From NCBI GenBank assembly GCA_016699975.1, contig CP064994.1:981874-1045873 (forward strand): 64,000 nucleotides of DNA, in the 5' to 3' direction. Under the pieces are notes generated by a model, which ran no database searches, was not told the DNA's origin, and saw only the letters and a list, made by a program, of their open reading frames with translations. Position 1 is the stretch's first letter; each line of letters starts with the position of its first letter. This document shows positions 53,292 through 63,961 of this stretch, piece by piece. This stretch comes from Candidatus Moraniibacteriota bacterium. Lineage in GTDB: Bacteria > Patescibacteriota > Minisyncoccia > Moranbacterales > UBA1568. A program made the position numbers and the translations under genes.

Positions 53292-53600
53292 TTAAGATGG
53301 GATGCCGTCATTTCGCACCGCATCACGAAATTCTTCCACGATTCCCCGCACGAATGAATCCGGATCGGGCACAGATTGTTTGAGAAACGCTTCCACTTTT
53401 TCTTGATCACCCTCTTTGAGGAGTGCATCGAATTTTTCCGCGCCCTCATCTCCCATTTTTTCGGCAAGGGCGAGAAAAATTTGCTTCATGACGGTAGTTG
53501 TCATGAGATCGAGCAGCTCTTGTTTTTTTGGATCAACGAGAGACTCGATGCCGAATTCGCGCGCGAGATCGTCTCGAAGTTTTTCAATGGAAAGAGTCAT
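53292..53600 (-). CDS. Small hypothetical protein (102 aa)
   Basis: ORF downstream of the 1118-aa gene, same strand. Confidence 0.3.
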   Translation of the reverse strand: MTLSIEKLRDDLAREFGIESLVDPKKQELLDLMTTTVMKQIFLALAEKMGDEGAEKFDALLKEGDQEKVEAFLKQSVPDPDSFVRGIVEEFRDAVRNDGIPS

Positions 53601-53656
53601 AGGTGATTGTGGAGAAGGGGGTTAAGAAACGAAAAAGAGAACATGAAAAAGAAGGG

Positions 53657-56600
53657 TTAAGAAACAAGAGAGGATGGTTCAGGCACTTCGACAAACCGAT
53701 GAGTCACAATGTAGCGAGCCATTCCCGAAAGCCACTTCTCAACAGTTGGTTTTTCTCCAGTCGACATCACGTGAGAAATGCGAAGCGGGTCTCCGGCGAT
53801 ACGGACAAGCGCACTGTACGCCTCTCGACTCACAAGGTTCTGAACTTCATGCACATCACGGGAAAGCACAGTTCCCAAATCGGCAAGAGGGAGAAGAAGC
53901 CTGCACAGCTGTGCTTCTACCGAAGAAATCACGCTTTCACTCGGCTCACTCTCCGCAAGCGGAATACGCGCGCTAAAGATATTCTCGATCAACATTCTTT
54001 GATTTTCCGAAAGGGGAAAGTCTCCCAGTCGAGCATCCAAAAGTTGCCGCATCCCTTGAAGATAGGCATTTTCTGGAACCGAAAAGGCGGCCCCCTCTTT
54101 CCCAACCGACGGACTCGACTCATTTTCCAAAACAGGAAGAGTCTCATTCGAAGAAGGCAGGAATGTATCGAGCACTCGTTGTGATTCCTCTGGTATGCCA
54201 AGATCGGGAGGAAGTGCGGCACGCATCACAGCTTCGGGAGTTGCGGGAAGCGGCTCAGTTTGGAGAGAAGAAACCTGAGGAATATTAACCGGCTGAATTT
54301 CCGAAGCAGCCTCGAGCGTACTTGGCACGGGCGAATCTCCCTTCTCAAGTAGGCCTGGTTCGGAGGAAGCGAGATTCTCGTTTGAAGCGCTCACCTGTTC
54401 CATCGCGCCTTCAAAACCCGACACCACTTTTCTCCACACAAGCGCCCCGCCTTCATGGCGCTCTATGGCGACTATGCGGAACTGCCCATTGGGAGAGACT
54501 TCGGTACGAACAATATCTCCGGGATGCATCCTTCCTTCAAATATTCCTTTCCATTTTTCAAGATTTGTTTCTCCTTGCGCTTTGAGTTCTTCGAGAAATC
54601 GAAGGTATGCCCGATGAATATCGCCATCGGTACCGAGACCTTTGAGCACCCCTTCTATGGAGCCACCTTTTTGCAGGGTAAATTCTCGAATCGGCTGACC
54701 CGCCTGATGAATTTCTGCGCCCTCTTCGGGAAGGGGCGCGCTCGGCACCTGTGTCTCGGGGACCACTTCCTGAGAAATACTTTCTTCGCCAGAATAAGAA
54801 GCTGTGCTCTCCAAGTGATGAACTGGCGGCCCTTGCTGCGCGGCTGAAAGTTCCTTTGCAGCAGCAAGCATTTCTCGAGAATTTTCGGGCGGAGGAGAAA
54901 GTTCACGTGAAGCGAAAGATTCACTCTCCGCCAAAGGCGGCTGCGGCACTTCCGAAACAGTTCCCGCAAGAGAAAGAGGAGCATTCTCAAAATTCTCGAA
55001 GCCTAAAAGAATTTTGAGTTGCACGAGAGACTGGGTAAATCCGGCAGCCACCTTCGCCCCGACATCGTGAATCGCATCTCGATAGGTAAAGGCTGTCCCG
55101 CCTGCGAAGAGGAGCATGCCCGCCGCCCCGCCCGCCGCGATTCGTCGCCGATTGGCCTTTATATCCACATCAAGGTTTTTCTGAACCCGGTCGGCATAGT
55201 TTTTTATGCGTGCTTCGAGTACAGAAAAATCTTCTTTTGTTTCAACATACGACAAGGCAGCTTCATGGTACCGCCCCATCTCCCTATTTTTTCTTCCTTC
55301 CAAAAATTCATATAAGCCGCGCCCCGCACCATACGAACCCAAAAGACGCAGAGCGAACTTCCCGCCGAATCCTACCGCAACAAGACCCGTAGAACCAAGG
55401 ACTATTCCTGCAGCGCCAACCCCAAAAAGAGCACCAGAAATTGCAAGGCGCTTTTTCCAGTCGAGCGCGCGATACGACTCCGCCCAATTCTTCGCCCGCC
55501 CGAGCGCTCGCAGAAAAGCAGAATCTTTTCTTTCACCCCAAGCTGCGTCTTTGTAGGCATTATAGTTTTCAACTGCCATTCGAAGGTCCAGCTCCCGAAG
55601 CGTCTCGGCCATAATTTCCCCTGTCGGGCGATTCACGCCGCCCTTTTTCGCTTCTTCTTTGGCGAGAAGAACACGCGCCTCCTGATACTCGGTAAGTTTA
55701 TGCTGCCAATCAATTTTCAGCGATTCAATTTCATTCGAGAGATGCGCGGGCGCCGGAGAAGAACGAAGGCGTGCAAAATACTGCTTCAACGCTCGCCACC
55801 GTGATTCAATTCGGTAACGCGCCGTAAGATACGTATCTCTCGCCTGATCTGCCGCCTGTTTACACATGGCAACACGTGCACGAATTTCCTCGATCGTCTC
55901 TTGCTCTTCGCCCGATCTTTGCATTGCGCCTTCTCCTCGAAACGACATCATTTCTTTGGATTCTTGGGAGATTCCTTTTTCGCCCACTTCAAAATCAGGA
56001 AGAATTTCAGGAGCTTCTTCTCTTTCATCAACTCTTCCGAATCCTTCGACTATACCGTCGTCGCTCATGTGAGCCACCGTTTCAGGGGCATTCTCCACCA
56101 CCGCTTCACTTCGAGAAAGGTCATTTTTTACAGAGGCGCTCGATGATTTTTCATCTCGAAGCAATTCTCCATCAAATATTCTACCTTGAGCCGACTCTTG
56201 CCTTCTCTGACTTCCTCCTGTCGTCTCTCTCGGAATATACTCAGCTTCAAGCACCACTTCTTGAGGAGCCTCCTCTTTTTTTTGATTCTCTTCAAGAGAA
56301 ATTCGAGAAGTATCATTGACCGACACGACATCTGCATCATTTCGAGGCGAAGGAGGAGGTGTATCCGACAATGAATGTGGAAAAATGAACGGCGCCTCTC
56401 TCGCGGTATTCAGGTTCTGAGAAGAACGACGAGAGTTTTCAGAAGATTTTCGTTCTGTTCTTAATTTATTTCTCCTCATTTCCTCTCTCGTTTCTCCAAG
56501 CTCTCCTGGCTTTGCACCAACAACATGCGCTCCAGCGTCAATTTCATCTTCAATCCGCTTATTTGAAAGTCGGGGACTTCCTTGTGCTCTGGACATCCCT

Positions 56601-57013
56601 TTCTGCTCGTGAGTCGAATCTGGTTCTTGTTGGGAATAATTATCGCGATCGGAAGGATTGACGCTCTCAGAGGGGGATAATTCACGCATAGTTGATTCTC
56701 CCCCGGGCAAGTTTTCCAGAGGAAGCGAGGCTGGGAATAATTCAGAAATAGGAACGATTTTTTGATCCTGATCAGTATTTTGCGAAAGATGAGCGGGATC
56801 TTCATTTCCAGATGGTAATATTTTTTCTTCTTTATCCTCCTGGAAATTTAGCCCTTCGCGAACTTTTCTTTTCCAGTCATCTTTTTTTTCTTGAGAAAAT
56901 TTCCGCGAAGAATCTCCCTTTCTTTGTTTAGTTCCTGTTTCGCGATTTTTTCGGGTCCCGCGAACATCAGCTTTGGATGTTGGAGGATATTCAGTAGAAT
57001 TACGTGAAGTCAT
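53657..57013 (-). CDS. Very large (1118 aa) low-complexity charged protein with a central TM/glycine-zipper segment
   Basis: Continuous ORF; K/E/R/S-rich N-terminus; AISGALFGVGAAGIVLGSTGLVAVGFGG hydrophobic core. Confidence 0.45.
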   Translation of the reverse strand: MTSRNSTEYPPTSKADVRGTRKNRETGTKQRKGDSSRKFSQEKKDDWKRKVREGLNFQEDKEEKILPSGNEDPAHLSQNTDQDQKIVPISELFPASLPLENLPGGESTMRELSPSESVNPSDRDNYSQQEPDSTHEQKGMSRAQGSPRLSNKRIEDEIDAGAHVVGAKPGELGETREEMRRNKLRTERKSSENSRRSSQNLNTAREAPFIFPHSLSDTPPPSPRNDADVVSVNDTSRISLEENQKKEEAPQEVVLEAEYIPRETTGGSQRRQESAQGRIFDGELLRDEKSSSASVKNDLSRSEAVVENAPETVAHMSDDGIVEGFGRVDEREEAPEILPDFEVGEKGISQESKEMMSFRGEGAMQRSGEEQETIEEIRARVAMCKQAADQARDTYLTARYRIESRWRALKQYFARLRSSPAPAHLSNEIESLKIDWQHKLTEYQEARVLLAKEEAKKGGVNRPTGEIMAETLRELDLRMAVENYNAYKDAAWGERKDSAFLRALGRAKNWAESYRALDWKKRLAISGALFGVGAAGIVLGSTGLVAVGFGGKFALRLLGSYGAGRGLYEFLEGRKNREMGRYHEAALSYVETKEDFSVLEARIKNYADRVQKNLDVDIKANRRRIAAGGAAGMLLFAGGTAFTYRDAIHDVGAKVAAGFTQSLVQLKILLGFENFENAPLSLAGTVSEVPQPPLAESESFASRELSPPPENSREMLAAAKELSAAQQGPPVHHLESTASYSGEESISQEVVPETQVPSAPLPEEGAEIHQAGQPIREFTLQKGGSIEGVLKGLGTDGDIHRAYLRFLEELKAQGETNLEKWKGIFEGRMHPGDIVRTEVSPNGQFRIVAIERHEGGALVWRKVVSGFEGAMEQVSASNENLASSEPGLLEKGDSPVPSTLEAASEIQPVNIPQVSSLQTEPLPATPEAVMRAALPPDLGIPEESQRVLDTFLPSSNETLPVLENESSPSVGKEGAAFSVPENAYLQGMRQLLDARLGDFPLSENQRMLIENIFSARIPLAESEPSESVISSVEAQLCRLLLPLADLGTVLSRDVHEVQNLVSREAYSALVRIAGDPLRISHVMSTGEKPTVEKWLSGMARYIVTHRFVEVPEPSSLVS

Positions 57014-57098
57014 ACGAAAACAAAAAAGAATCGTGATATAATTATATCATATTCAAGAGATTTTTTTGCGACTTCATTTCGAAGTCGCGCTCGCTCTC

Positions 57099-58740
57099 AT
57101 GAAAAATTTTTTCGAGCACTCTGTTGTGACAAAAAAATCCTTGGGGATCGTCATACTCGGCACACTCCTCGTCATCGGATTTTTTTTGCGCTTCGCAAAT
57201 ATCGAACACATTCCCGCCGGACTCTACCCCGACGAAGCGATGAATGGCGTTGATGCGCTTCGCGCAATCGAAACAGGCGAATTTCAATGGTTTTATCCGA
57301 ACAACAATGGTCGCGAGGGACTCTTCATCAATCTCCAGGCGCTCGCCATCATGCTCTTCGGTGCCACGATTCCCGCGCTCAAGTTTTTTTCAGCGCTCTT
57401 TGGAACACTCACAATTCTCGGCGTTTTCCTCCTCGCAAAGGAGCTCTGGCACCAGCGCAGTGTCGCACTTTTTTCGGCGTTTCTCGTCACATTTTCGTAT
57501 TGGGGAATCAATTTTTCTCGTATCGGATTCCGCGCCATCATGGCGCCCTTTCTTCTCTCCTTTTCTTTCTGGCTTTTTTTCAGAGGACTGCGCACCAAGA
57601 AACTCCGTGACTTTTTTCTCGCAGGACTCGTCTTCGGACTCGGCTTTCACACCTATATCGCCTTCCGCGTCGCACCGCTCATTCTTATTCTTCTCGCAAT
57701 TGGCGGATACTTTTCTTACAAACATTTCTTCGCATTGTTTTGGAAACCCGCGCTCGTCTTCGTCTTCGCAATGACGATCACCGTGTTACCGATCGCTCTT
57801 ACCTTTTTCGAGCATACCGAATATCTGTCGTCGCGCTCCGCATCAATATCCATCTTCTCGCCCGAAGTAAACCATGGAAATCTTCCGCTCACCTTTTTGA
57901 AGACACTCAGCCTGTCCGTCATCAAATATACTTTTGTCGGCGACCAAAACTGGAGACATAACTACCCGCCCTATCCACTCCTCGATTTCATAAGCGGCAC
58001 GCTCTTTCTCTGTGGTTTCGTGTTCCTCATAATGCGCCTGTTTCTTCTGGCGAGAAGGCGCTTTGAGAATGACGATCGAAATCGTGAGCTCTTGATAGCT
58101 CTTTCTTCTCGGGGGATTCGCCGTTATGCTTCTCCCGGAATTCTTGACCGAGGAAGGACTGCCCCACGCACTCCGCGCGATCGGCACTCTCCCATTCGTC
58201 TTCCTGATCGCAAGTATGCCACTCCTCTTTTTCGCTGAGTGGCTGAAAACAAGACGAGTTGGATCGAAAGTCGGCATTCTCTTCCTCGCCGGCGCATTCC
58301 TGGCCGCGATACCGATTTGGAATACGGCGAAATATTTTTTCTTTTTTGCAAAGAATCCGAACGCGCATGGCGCTTTTAACGAAAACTTCACGCGCATGGC
58401 ATCTGTCATCAACGAGCTCCCCGACACCATGCATATCTATGTGCTCCCGAATGCGGGCGGCACCATGATCGACAATGGTCTTCCCATTACCGCACAGCCG
58501 ATCGTTTTCCTCACGCACGACCGCAAAAAAGATCGCGTGACGTTTCTTGAAAATGACACTCCGATCACAACGCCAGCAACCATTCTCTTTCAAGCGCGAG
58601 ACGACACGCTCACTGAGAAAATCATCCACGCCTTTCCGAACGCCGTCATCACTCCCGTTTTCTCAGAAGGCACGCGTGACGAAATTTTTCGGATAATTAC
58701 CATCGAAACAAGCGGGAGAGAGAAAGGCTCTCGCGAGTGA
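57099..58740 (+). CDS. Glycosyltransferase family 39 (ArnT/PMT-like); frameshift near 58095-58115
   Basis: GLYPDEAMNGVDALRAIETGEFQWFYPNNNGREGL with multiple TM helices; ORFs 57066- and 58126- join. Confidence 0.65.
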
Positions 58741-59104
58741 GATGCCTTATTGATCCCAGAAAAATCGTTTCGCTTTCGAGAACAGTGCCCGAGTCTCACT
58801 CAAGTTTTGCATGAGAGATCTTCCAAGATCGAGGACATTGAAAAGCAAAGCCACCGAAGAATGCGCTCTTCAAAAAAACGCTCTTTCTCTCATTTTCCTC
58901 CAACAAATACGTTCAAATAAAAACATTCGAAGAAATTTTGCGAAGCCCAAGGACACAACCAGCACAGAATACGGTGGCAAGAAACTTGAGAGAAAGAGAG
59001 CTCGCGTTCAAACGCAAAAGGAAGCAAGCAAAAATAATACCAAATCTCGTGACCGAAACGAGAAACACAAAACCGATTCCTCTTAAACCGTTACTGAAAC
59101 CGCT

Positions 59105-61084
59105 ATGGATGTTCTCAAACGAAATGTTGCGCTCCTCGTTACTGTCATGCTCCTTCTCTTTGCGGCGGTATCGATACGTCTTGCATGGGACGACTCCACC
59201 ACCATGGACGAGAAAGCGCACATTCCCGCTTCCTATAGTTACGTCAAATATTTGGACATGCGCATCAACCCGGAGCATCCCCCTCTTATCAAGGATCTCT
59301 CCGGGCTTGCCATAGCATTCGCGCTCCCCAACGTGAATTTTCCGGTCCCGAGTCCCCTTTGGGAACACGGCGACGAGAATGTGGATCCCGCCAACCACCC
59401 GGAAGGTCCCGCAAAAACATGGGGCCTCGCTCAGTGGAGTTTCGGCGACCAATTTCTCTTCGGCATGGGCAATAATCCCGATACGATCACTTTCTTCGCG
59501 CGACTTCCGATTGTTCTCATTGCCGTCCTTCTTGGTCTTGCCATTTTCCTCTGGACAAGAGAGCTCTCAGGAACGCTCGCCGGACTCTTCGCGCTTCTCC
59601 TCTTTGTGGCGGACCCAAATATCATCGGACACAGTCACTACGTCACGACCGATATCGGTATTGCCGCCTTCATTTTCTTTTCGACATATTTCTTCGTCGC
59701 CTTTCTCAAAAACCCGTCATGGAAGAGTGTCATGCTCTCGGGATTCTTCTTGGGGCTTGCAGAGCTTGCGAAATTTTCCGCCGTCATTCTCTTTCCACTT
59801 TTTGGCATCATTCTTCTTCTCTTTGTCTGGTCTCTCAGGAAACCCGAAGAGAGCGAGGAGACTCATTTTTCTTGGAAACTCAAAAAATTTTTTGAATACC
59901 TGTCGAAATTTTCTGTTTCGATACTTGTCTGTTTCGCGACTATCTGGGCACTCTATGTGCCAAACGTTTGGAACATGCCTGTCGAGACCGTGCAAGAAAT
60001 CGCGCGCGCCCAATTCCCGAACGATCGCGCCGTGGGTCGCCTTGCAGAATCCACCATCATAACGATGAGCGAACTCCCGCTCATGAAGCCGCTCGCCCAC
60101 TATTTCCTGGGTGTTTTTATGGTCTTTGCGCGTGTCGCAGGTGGAAATACCTACTACTTTCTCGGCGAGGTCTCGAATCAAGCGTCTTCCTGGTACTTTC
60201 CCGCCGTCTTTGTCATGAAGTCGACGCTTCCCTTCTTGGCACTCCTTGGTTTCTCTCTCGTCTACGCGATCGTTCGATTCGCAAAAAGTTTTGGAAAAGC
60301 CCGAGAAACAAACGAATCCTTCTTTTCGAGAAGAGCGCGATCGTTCGAAACGCATGTTGCCGAATATACCATGGGGAGTTTCGTAGTGCTCTACAGCTAT
60401 CTCAGTATCACCGGAAATTTGAATATCGGTTTTCGCCATCTCTTTCCGATTCTCCCCTTCTTGTTCGTGCTCGTAACCGAAGCTCTCTTTACCTACTGGA
60501 GGCGTCACCAAGGAAATAAAACCGTGTGGTCAATCTGTCGAGCTCTCATTTTTTTTCTCACGCTCTGGATCGCACTTATTCCGATCTTTGCGTATCCAAG
60601 CTATCTCTCGTATTTCAATACCGCGATGGGCGGACCAAAAAACGGATATCGCTATGTTACCGACTCAAACTACGACTGGGGACAAGACGTGAAACGGCTG
60701 CGCGACTGGATCGAAACGTACAATCGGTGCATCGAGGTCGGATCGCAAAGTTCCGAAACATGTCTTCGCCTCACTGACGGACGGCCGTTCCCGACCGATA
60801 CGCCTCTCGAAAAAATCCGTGTCGACTATTTCGGCGGTTCGAGTCCGGAATACTTTCTCGGTGAAAAATATATTTCATGGCACAGTCACCTTCCCCCAGA
60901 AGCCGGATGGTATGCCGTTTCTGCCGGATTCTACCAAGAAAGCAGGTACCGAAAAGACACTCCTACGGGGAGCATCGATTACTCGTGGTTCCCGAAAGAT
61001 GCAAAAGTTGGCCGTGCTGGCGATTCGATATTTCTCTTCTTCGTCCGAAATGCGCCAATGCCTCCCCAAGAAGAGGGGCGCTGA
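59105..61084 (+). CDS. Glycosyltransferase family 39-like / DUF2723-type membrane protein (659 aa)
   Basis: MDEKAHIPASYSYVKY...INPEHPPLIKDLSGL, polytopic membrane topology. Confidence 0.55.
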   Translation: MDVLKRNVALLVTVMLLLFAAVSIRLAWDDSTTMDEKAHIPASYSYVKYLDMRINPEHPPLIKDLSGLAIAFALPNVNFPVPSPLWEHGDENVDPANHPEGPAKTWGLAQWSFGDQFLFGMGNNPDTITFFARLPIVLIAVLLGLAIFLWTRELSGTLAGLFALLLFVADPNIIGHSHYVTTDIGIAAFIFFSTYFFVAFLKNPSWKSVMLSGFFLGLAELAKFSAVILFPLFGIILLLFVWSLRKPEESEETHFSWKLKKFFEYLSKFSVSILVCFATIWALYVPNVWNMPVETVQEIARAQFPNDRAVGRLAESTIITMSELPLMKPLAHYFLGVFMVFARVAGGNTYYFLGEVSNQASSWYFPAVFVMKSTLPFLALLGFSLVYAIVRFAKSFGKARETNESFFSRRARSFETHVAEYTMGSFVVLYSYLSITGNLNIGFRHLFPILPFLFVLVTEALFTYWRRHQGNKTVWSICRALIFFLTLWIALIPIFAYPSYLSYFNTAMGGPKNGYRYVTDSNYDWGQDVKRLRDWIETYNRCIEVGSQSSETCLRLTDGRPFPTDTPLEKIRVDYFGGSSPEYFLGEKYISWHSHLPPEAGWYAVSAGFYQESRYRKDTPTGSIDYSWFPKDAKVGRAGDSIFLFFVRNAPMPPQEEGR

Positions 61085-61255
61085 CTACGAAGTCTCCTCC
61101 CGGCTGTAGGCAATACTCGATATTTCCGAGAGAATATCTGGCTTTTTTTCCTTTTCTGAAAAGATAAATTCCAACTTTACGACTTTCCCCCTGATACCCT
61201 GTTTTTTTATCGAACGACACAAAACAGTAATGTCCGTTATAGGGTTTACATCCTG

Positions 61256-61810
61256 TTGTGCGACCTCGACCACAAGACCGCCGAGCTCTTCAACCAGGGG
61301 CGCAAGTACCAGGTCGGGGTCACGGTCGCGCACCAGCACCTCGACCAACTGACGACCGAACTCCGGGCGACCCTTCACGCGAGCACGGCCGTAAAGCTCG
61401 TGGGCGGTGGGAACTACAAAGACGCGGCGAGCTTCGCCCGCGAGATAAACACGACACCGGAGTTTATCCAGGCCCAGAAGAAGCGCGCCCACGAAACCGA
61501 ATTCGCCTGCTTCGTGCGGCACCATACGCCGAGAGCGGTCTCGATCACCGTCCCCTTCGGGGTCATGGAGCGCGCCCCCACGATGAGCGCGCCCGATTAC
61601 CAAGCACTCCTCGAAGGAAACCGCGCCCGCGTCTCCACTCTGCCAAAACTCTCCCAAGAGACCCGATCCACGCCGGCAGAGCCGAACGCGAAACCGGAAA
61701 CCGAACCGGGCGGCGAACAGGCGGAAACGACTGTGTCGGCCGACACGCCACGGCCAGCCCCTAAGCCACATCGGCCGCCGAAGGACGACCTTAATTTCTA
61801 CATTGATTAA
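61256..61810 (+). pseudogene. TraG/VirD4/TrwB-type coupling-protein C-terminal fragment, GC-rich (~62%), no N-terminal ATPase domain
   Basis: VGVTVAHQHLDQL (AHQ motif) plus a P/E/A-rich tail; abrupt composition boundaries at ~61255 and ~61810. Confidence 0.45.
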
Positions 61811-61924
61811 TTTTTAATCTATACTTTTCAAAATTTGAGTGAGGAACCAAAAATTATTTTGCATTTAAGCCAGTTATTATCAATAGATTAGAGTTAAAAC
61901 TCTGTTCGTAAAGGAGAAATGGTA

Positions 61925-62671
61925 ATGAACAAAGAAAATTTTATTTCTTCTAGAAATACAATTCTAACCAATCATAAATTGGAAACTAGAGAATGGAATA
62001 AAGCAGTAGCGAAATTAGTTAGAGAGTTTCCAATTTATACAGGTAGAGAAAGAGAAAGATATGAGTGCGTTGCGGATGCTTTAGAAAAAATGGATGAACC
62101 ACTTCGTTCTGATATTATTTTAACCGTTGAGGAACCATATGCACTATGCTCGTTGACAAAAATAAAAGGGAGTTTAAGAATATTTGGAGCTAGTTTTTTA
62201 CCAAATGATATATGGTTCATGGATGAGTGGCTTGAATTCCCAAAATTTCCCTACTTTGTTACTGAACCAGCTACCTTTAAAAGTCTTAAAGAAAACAATC
62301 TGGTTCTATTTGCAGACCCATGTGGAGAAATTGAAGATGAACCCGATATTGCTGGAGCAGAAATAAATTTAGAAACATATAGAAGACGCCCTATTGTTAG
62401 CATAGAGATCGAACTTCCTCAAATAAAACAACAAGGCTGTCTTCTCTTAAATTTTTCAGCAAAGGGGTATTATGGAGCTAAAGTAAAAATATTCAACAAC
62501 GGTGAACTCGTATGCCCGTCATTTTCAGTACAAAGCACACCTGGAGATAGAACTCCTAATTTTTGGATATTTCCTGAATGGAAATCTGGATTGAACGTGA
62601 TTGATTTAAAATTTATAGGAAAAGGATATCTATGGTTTGATCACGTTGATATCCATCACGTGTTTTACTAA
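61925..62671 (+). CDS. Hypothetical protein (about 248 aa), very AT-rich
   Basis: AAGGAG upstream; no domain recognised. Confidence 0.35.
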   Translation: MNKENFISSRNTILTNHKLETREWNKAVAKLVREFPIYTGRERERYECVADALEKMDEPLRSDIILTVEEPYALCSLTKIKGSLRIFGASFLPNDIWFMDEWLEFPKFPYFVTEPATFKSLKENNLVLFADPCGEIEDEPDIAGAEINLETYRRRPIVSIEIELPQIKQQGCLLLNFSAKGYYGAKVKIFNNGELVCPSFSVQSTPGDRTPNFWIFPEWKSGLNVIDLKFIGKGYLWFDHVDIHHVFY

Positions 62672-62695
62672 GACTCTAATAAGAATTATGACGTT

Positions 62696-63013
62696 TTGCT
62701 TATGCGTTATTCATACGATTTGGAGAGTTTTTATAGAGCATATGGCAATTTCTCTTATAGCCAAGCTCTCCTGATATTTTTTGCCTACGTTATCGTGGAC
62801 GCATTGTTTGCGAAGTACACTATTGATGTTTCTCATTTAAATGAGTACAAGGCTGCTTTTACGGGAATGCTCACTCATGTGCTCCTCGCATTTGGAGTCA
62901 TAAATTACACCCAAAATTGGCTTTATATCTTACCCCTCATACTCGGTTCATGGATAGGCACCTTTCTCATGATCAAAAGAGAAAAATCGCTTTGCAGTAG
63001 AATCAGCAAATGA
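62696..63013 (+). CDS. Small hypothetical membrane protein (105 aa)
   Basis: Two or three hydrophobic helices. Confidence 0.25.
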   Translation: MLMRYSYDLESFYRAYGNFSYSQALLIFFAYVIVDALFAKYTIDVSHLNEYKAAFTGMLTHVLLAFGVINYTQNWLYILPLILGSWIGTFLMIKREKSLCSRISK

Positions 63014-63379
63014 CGTAACCAACATTTAGTATTATGCTTAACTCATGCGCCACCTTCCCCGACACGGCACCACACGCATGGCGAAGGAGTGGCAAGCGAA
63101 GGAGGAACTGCTTTCGGGTATGCGCTGGAATACCCGCTGTCCTCTCTCCGCACCACGGCCGCGAGGCCAACGAAACCGGCACTCCAGCCGTGCCGCCGCC
63201 TCACTGCTTGGCACACGCGGAAAACCGCCACCGCAAGGCGGTTTTCTCGTGAGAGCGATGAAAAGGACGCCAATGAAAAACGGCCCATGCGCTCATGAGC
63301 CGTAAAATGCTTCCCGTATCGGTCCCCGTTCTTCAAAAAACAACAACAGGCCCCGTACCCGTATCCCGCATGGCGTTTA

Positions 63380-63961
63380 CTACGAAGGTTCGGGCTTCAC
63401 CCACGAAAGGCCGACTTTCCGCATATCCACCACGAGTAAAAAGGCCGGATCGAGCTGGTTAACGAGAATGAGGCGAGAAGCGAGATTCATGTCCATGATG
63501 GCCGGAGAGTCGTCGTCAGTCTCTGAAGTACCTGAAGGAGCTTCTGGCAATGCTTCCCCAACTGTTTCCGAAGCCACTCCCGACGCTTCTCCTACATTAC
63601 CACGCTCCTTTCCGTAAGGGCGGCCGCTCGACTTTCCGTGCGCTCTTCCCTCGCCCATGATGAGGCCGAGCGTCTGCGCCGCTTCCCGCAGCGTCGCGTT
63701 TTCAAGCTTAGCGACAAGATCGAGGAGACTGCCCCGCGCCTTACAAGCAAAACACTTGAATACCCGTTTCTCGACGTTGACCGAGAAACTATCGTCTTTA
63801 CCGTGCTCGCTCCCGAAGGGACACCAGCCCACGAGCTCCGCACCCCGCTCTTCGAGGTGTTCTAACAGGTGATAGTGGGAAAGAACTTTGTGGGGATCAG
63901 CGGTTTCTTTGATTGCTTTGAAGTCGAGCCATTCTTCGACGGTTTCTCTGCTTTCTTTCAT
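63380..63961 (-). CDS. CHC2-type zinc-finger protein (primase N-terminal zinc-binding domain only, plus low-complexity tail)
   Basis: GWCPFGSEHGKDDSFSVNVEKRVFKCFACKARGSLLDLVAKLENATLREAAQTL matches the DnaG/phage-primase zf-CHC2 pattern. Confidence 0.55.
   Translation of the reverse strand: MKESRETVEEWLDFKAIKETADPHKVLSHYHLLEHLEERGAELVGWCPFGSEHGKDDSFSVNVEKRVFKCFACKARGSLLDLVAKLENATLREAAQTLGLIMGEGRAHGKSSGRPYGKERGNVGEASGVASETVGEALPEAPSGTSETDDDSPAIMDMNLASRLILVNQLDPAFLLVVDMRKVGLSWVKPEPS

Noticed and set aside
53674-56374. Several plus-strand ORFs inside the 1118-aa gene
   Set aside because: Shadow ORFs of a long low-complexity gene; no motifs or SDs.
61085-61771. 228-aa minus-strand ORF
   Set aside because: Antisense to the TraG-like fragment in 62% GC DNA; arginine/glycine-rich artefact.
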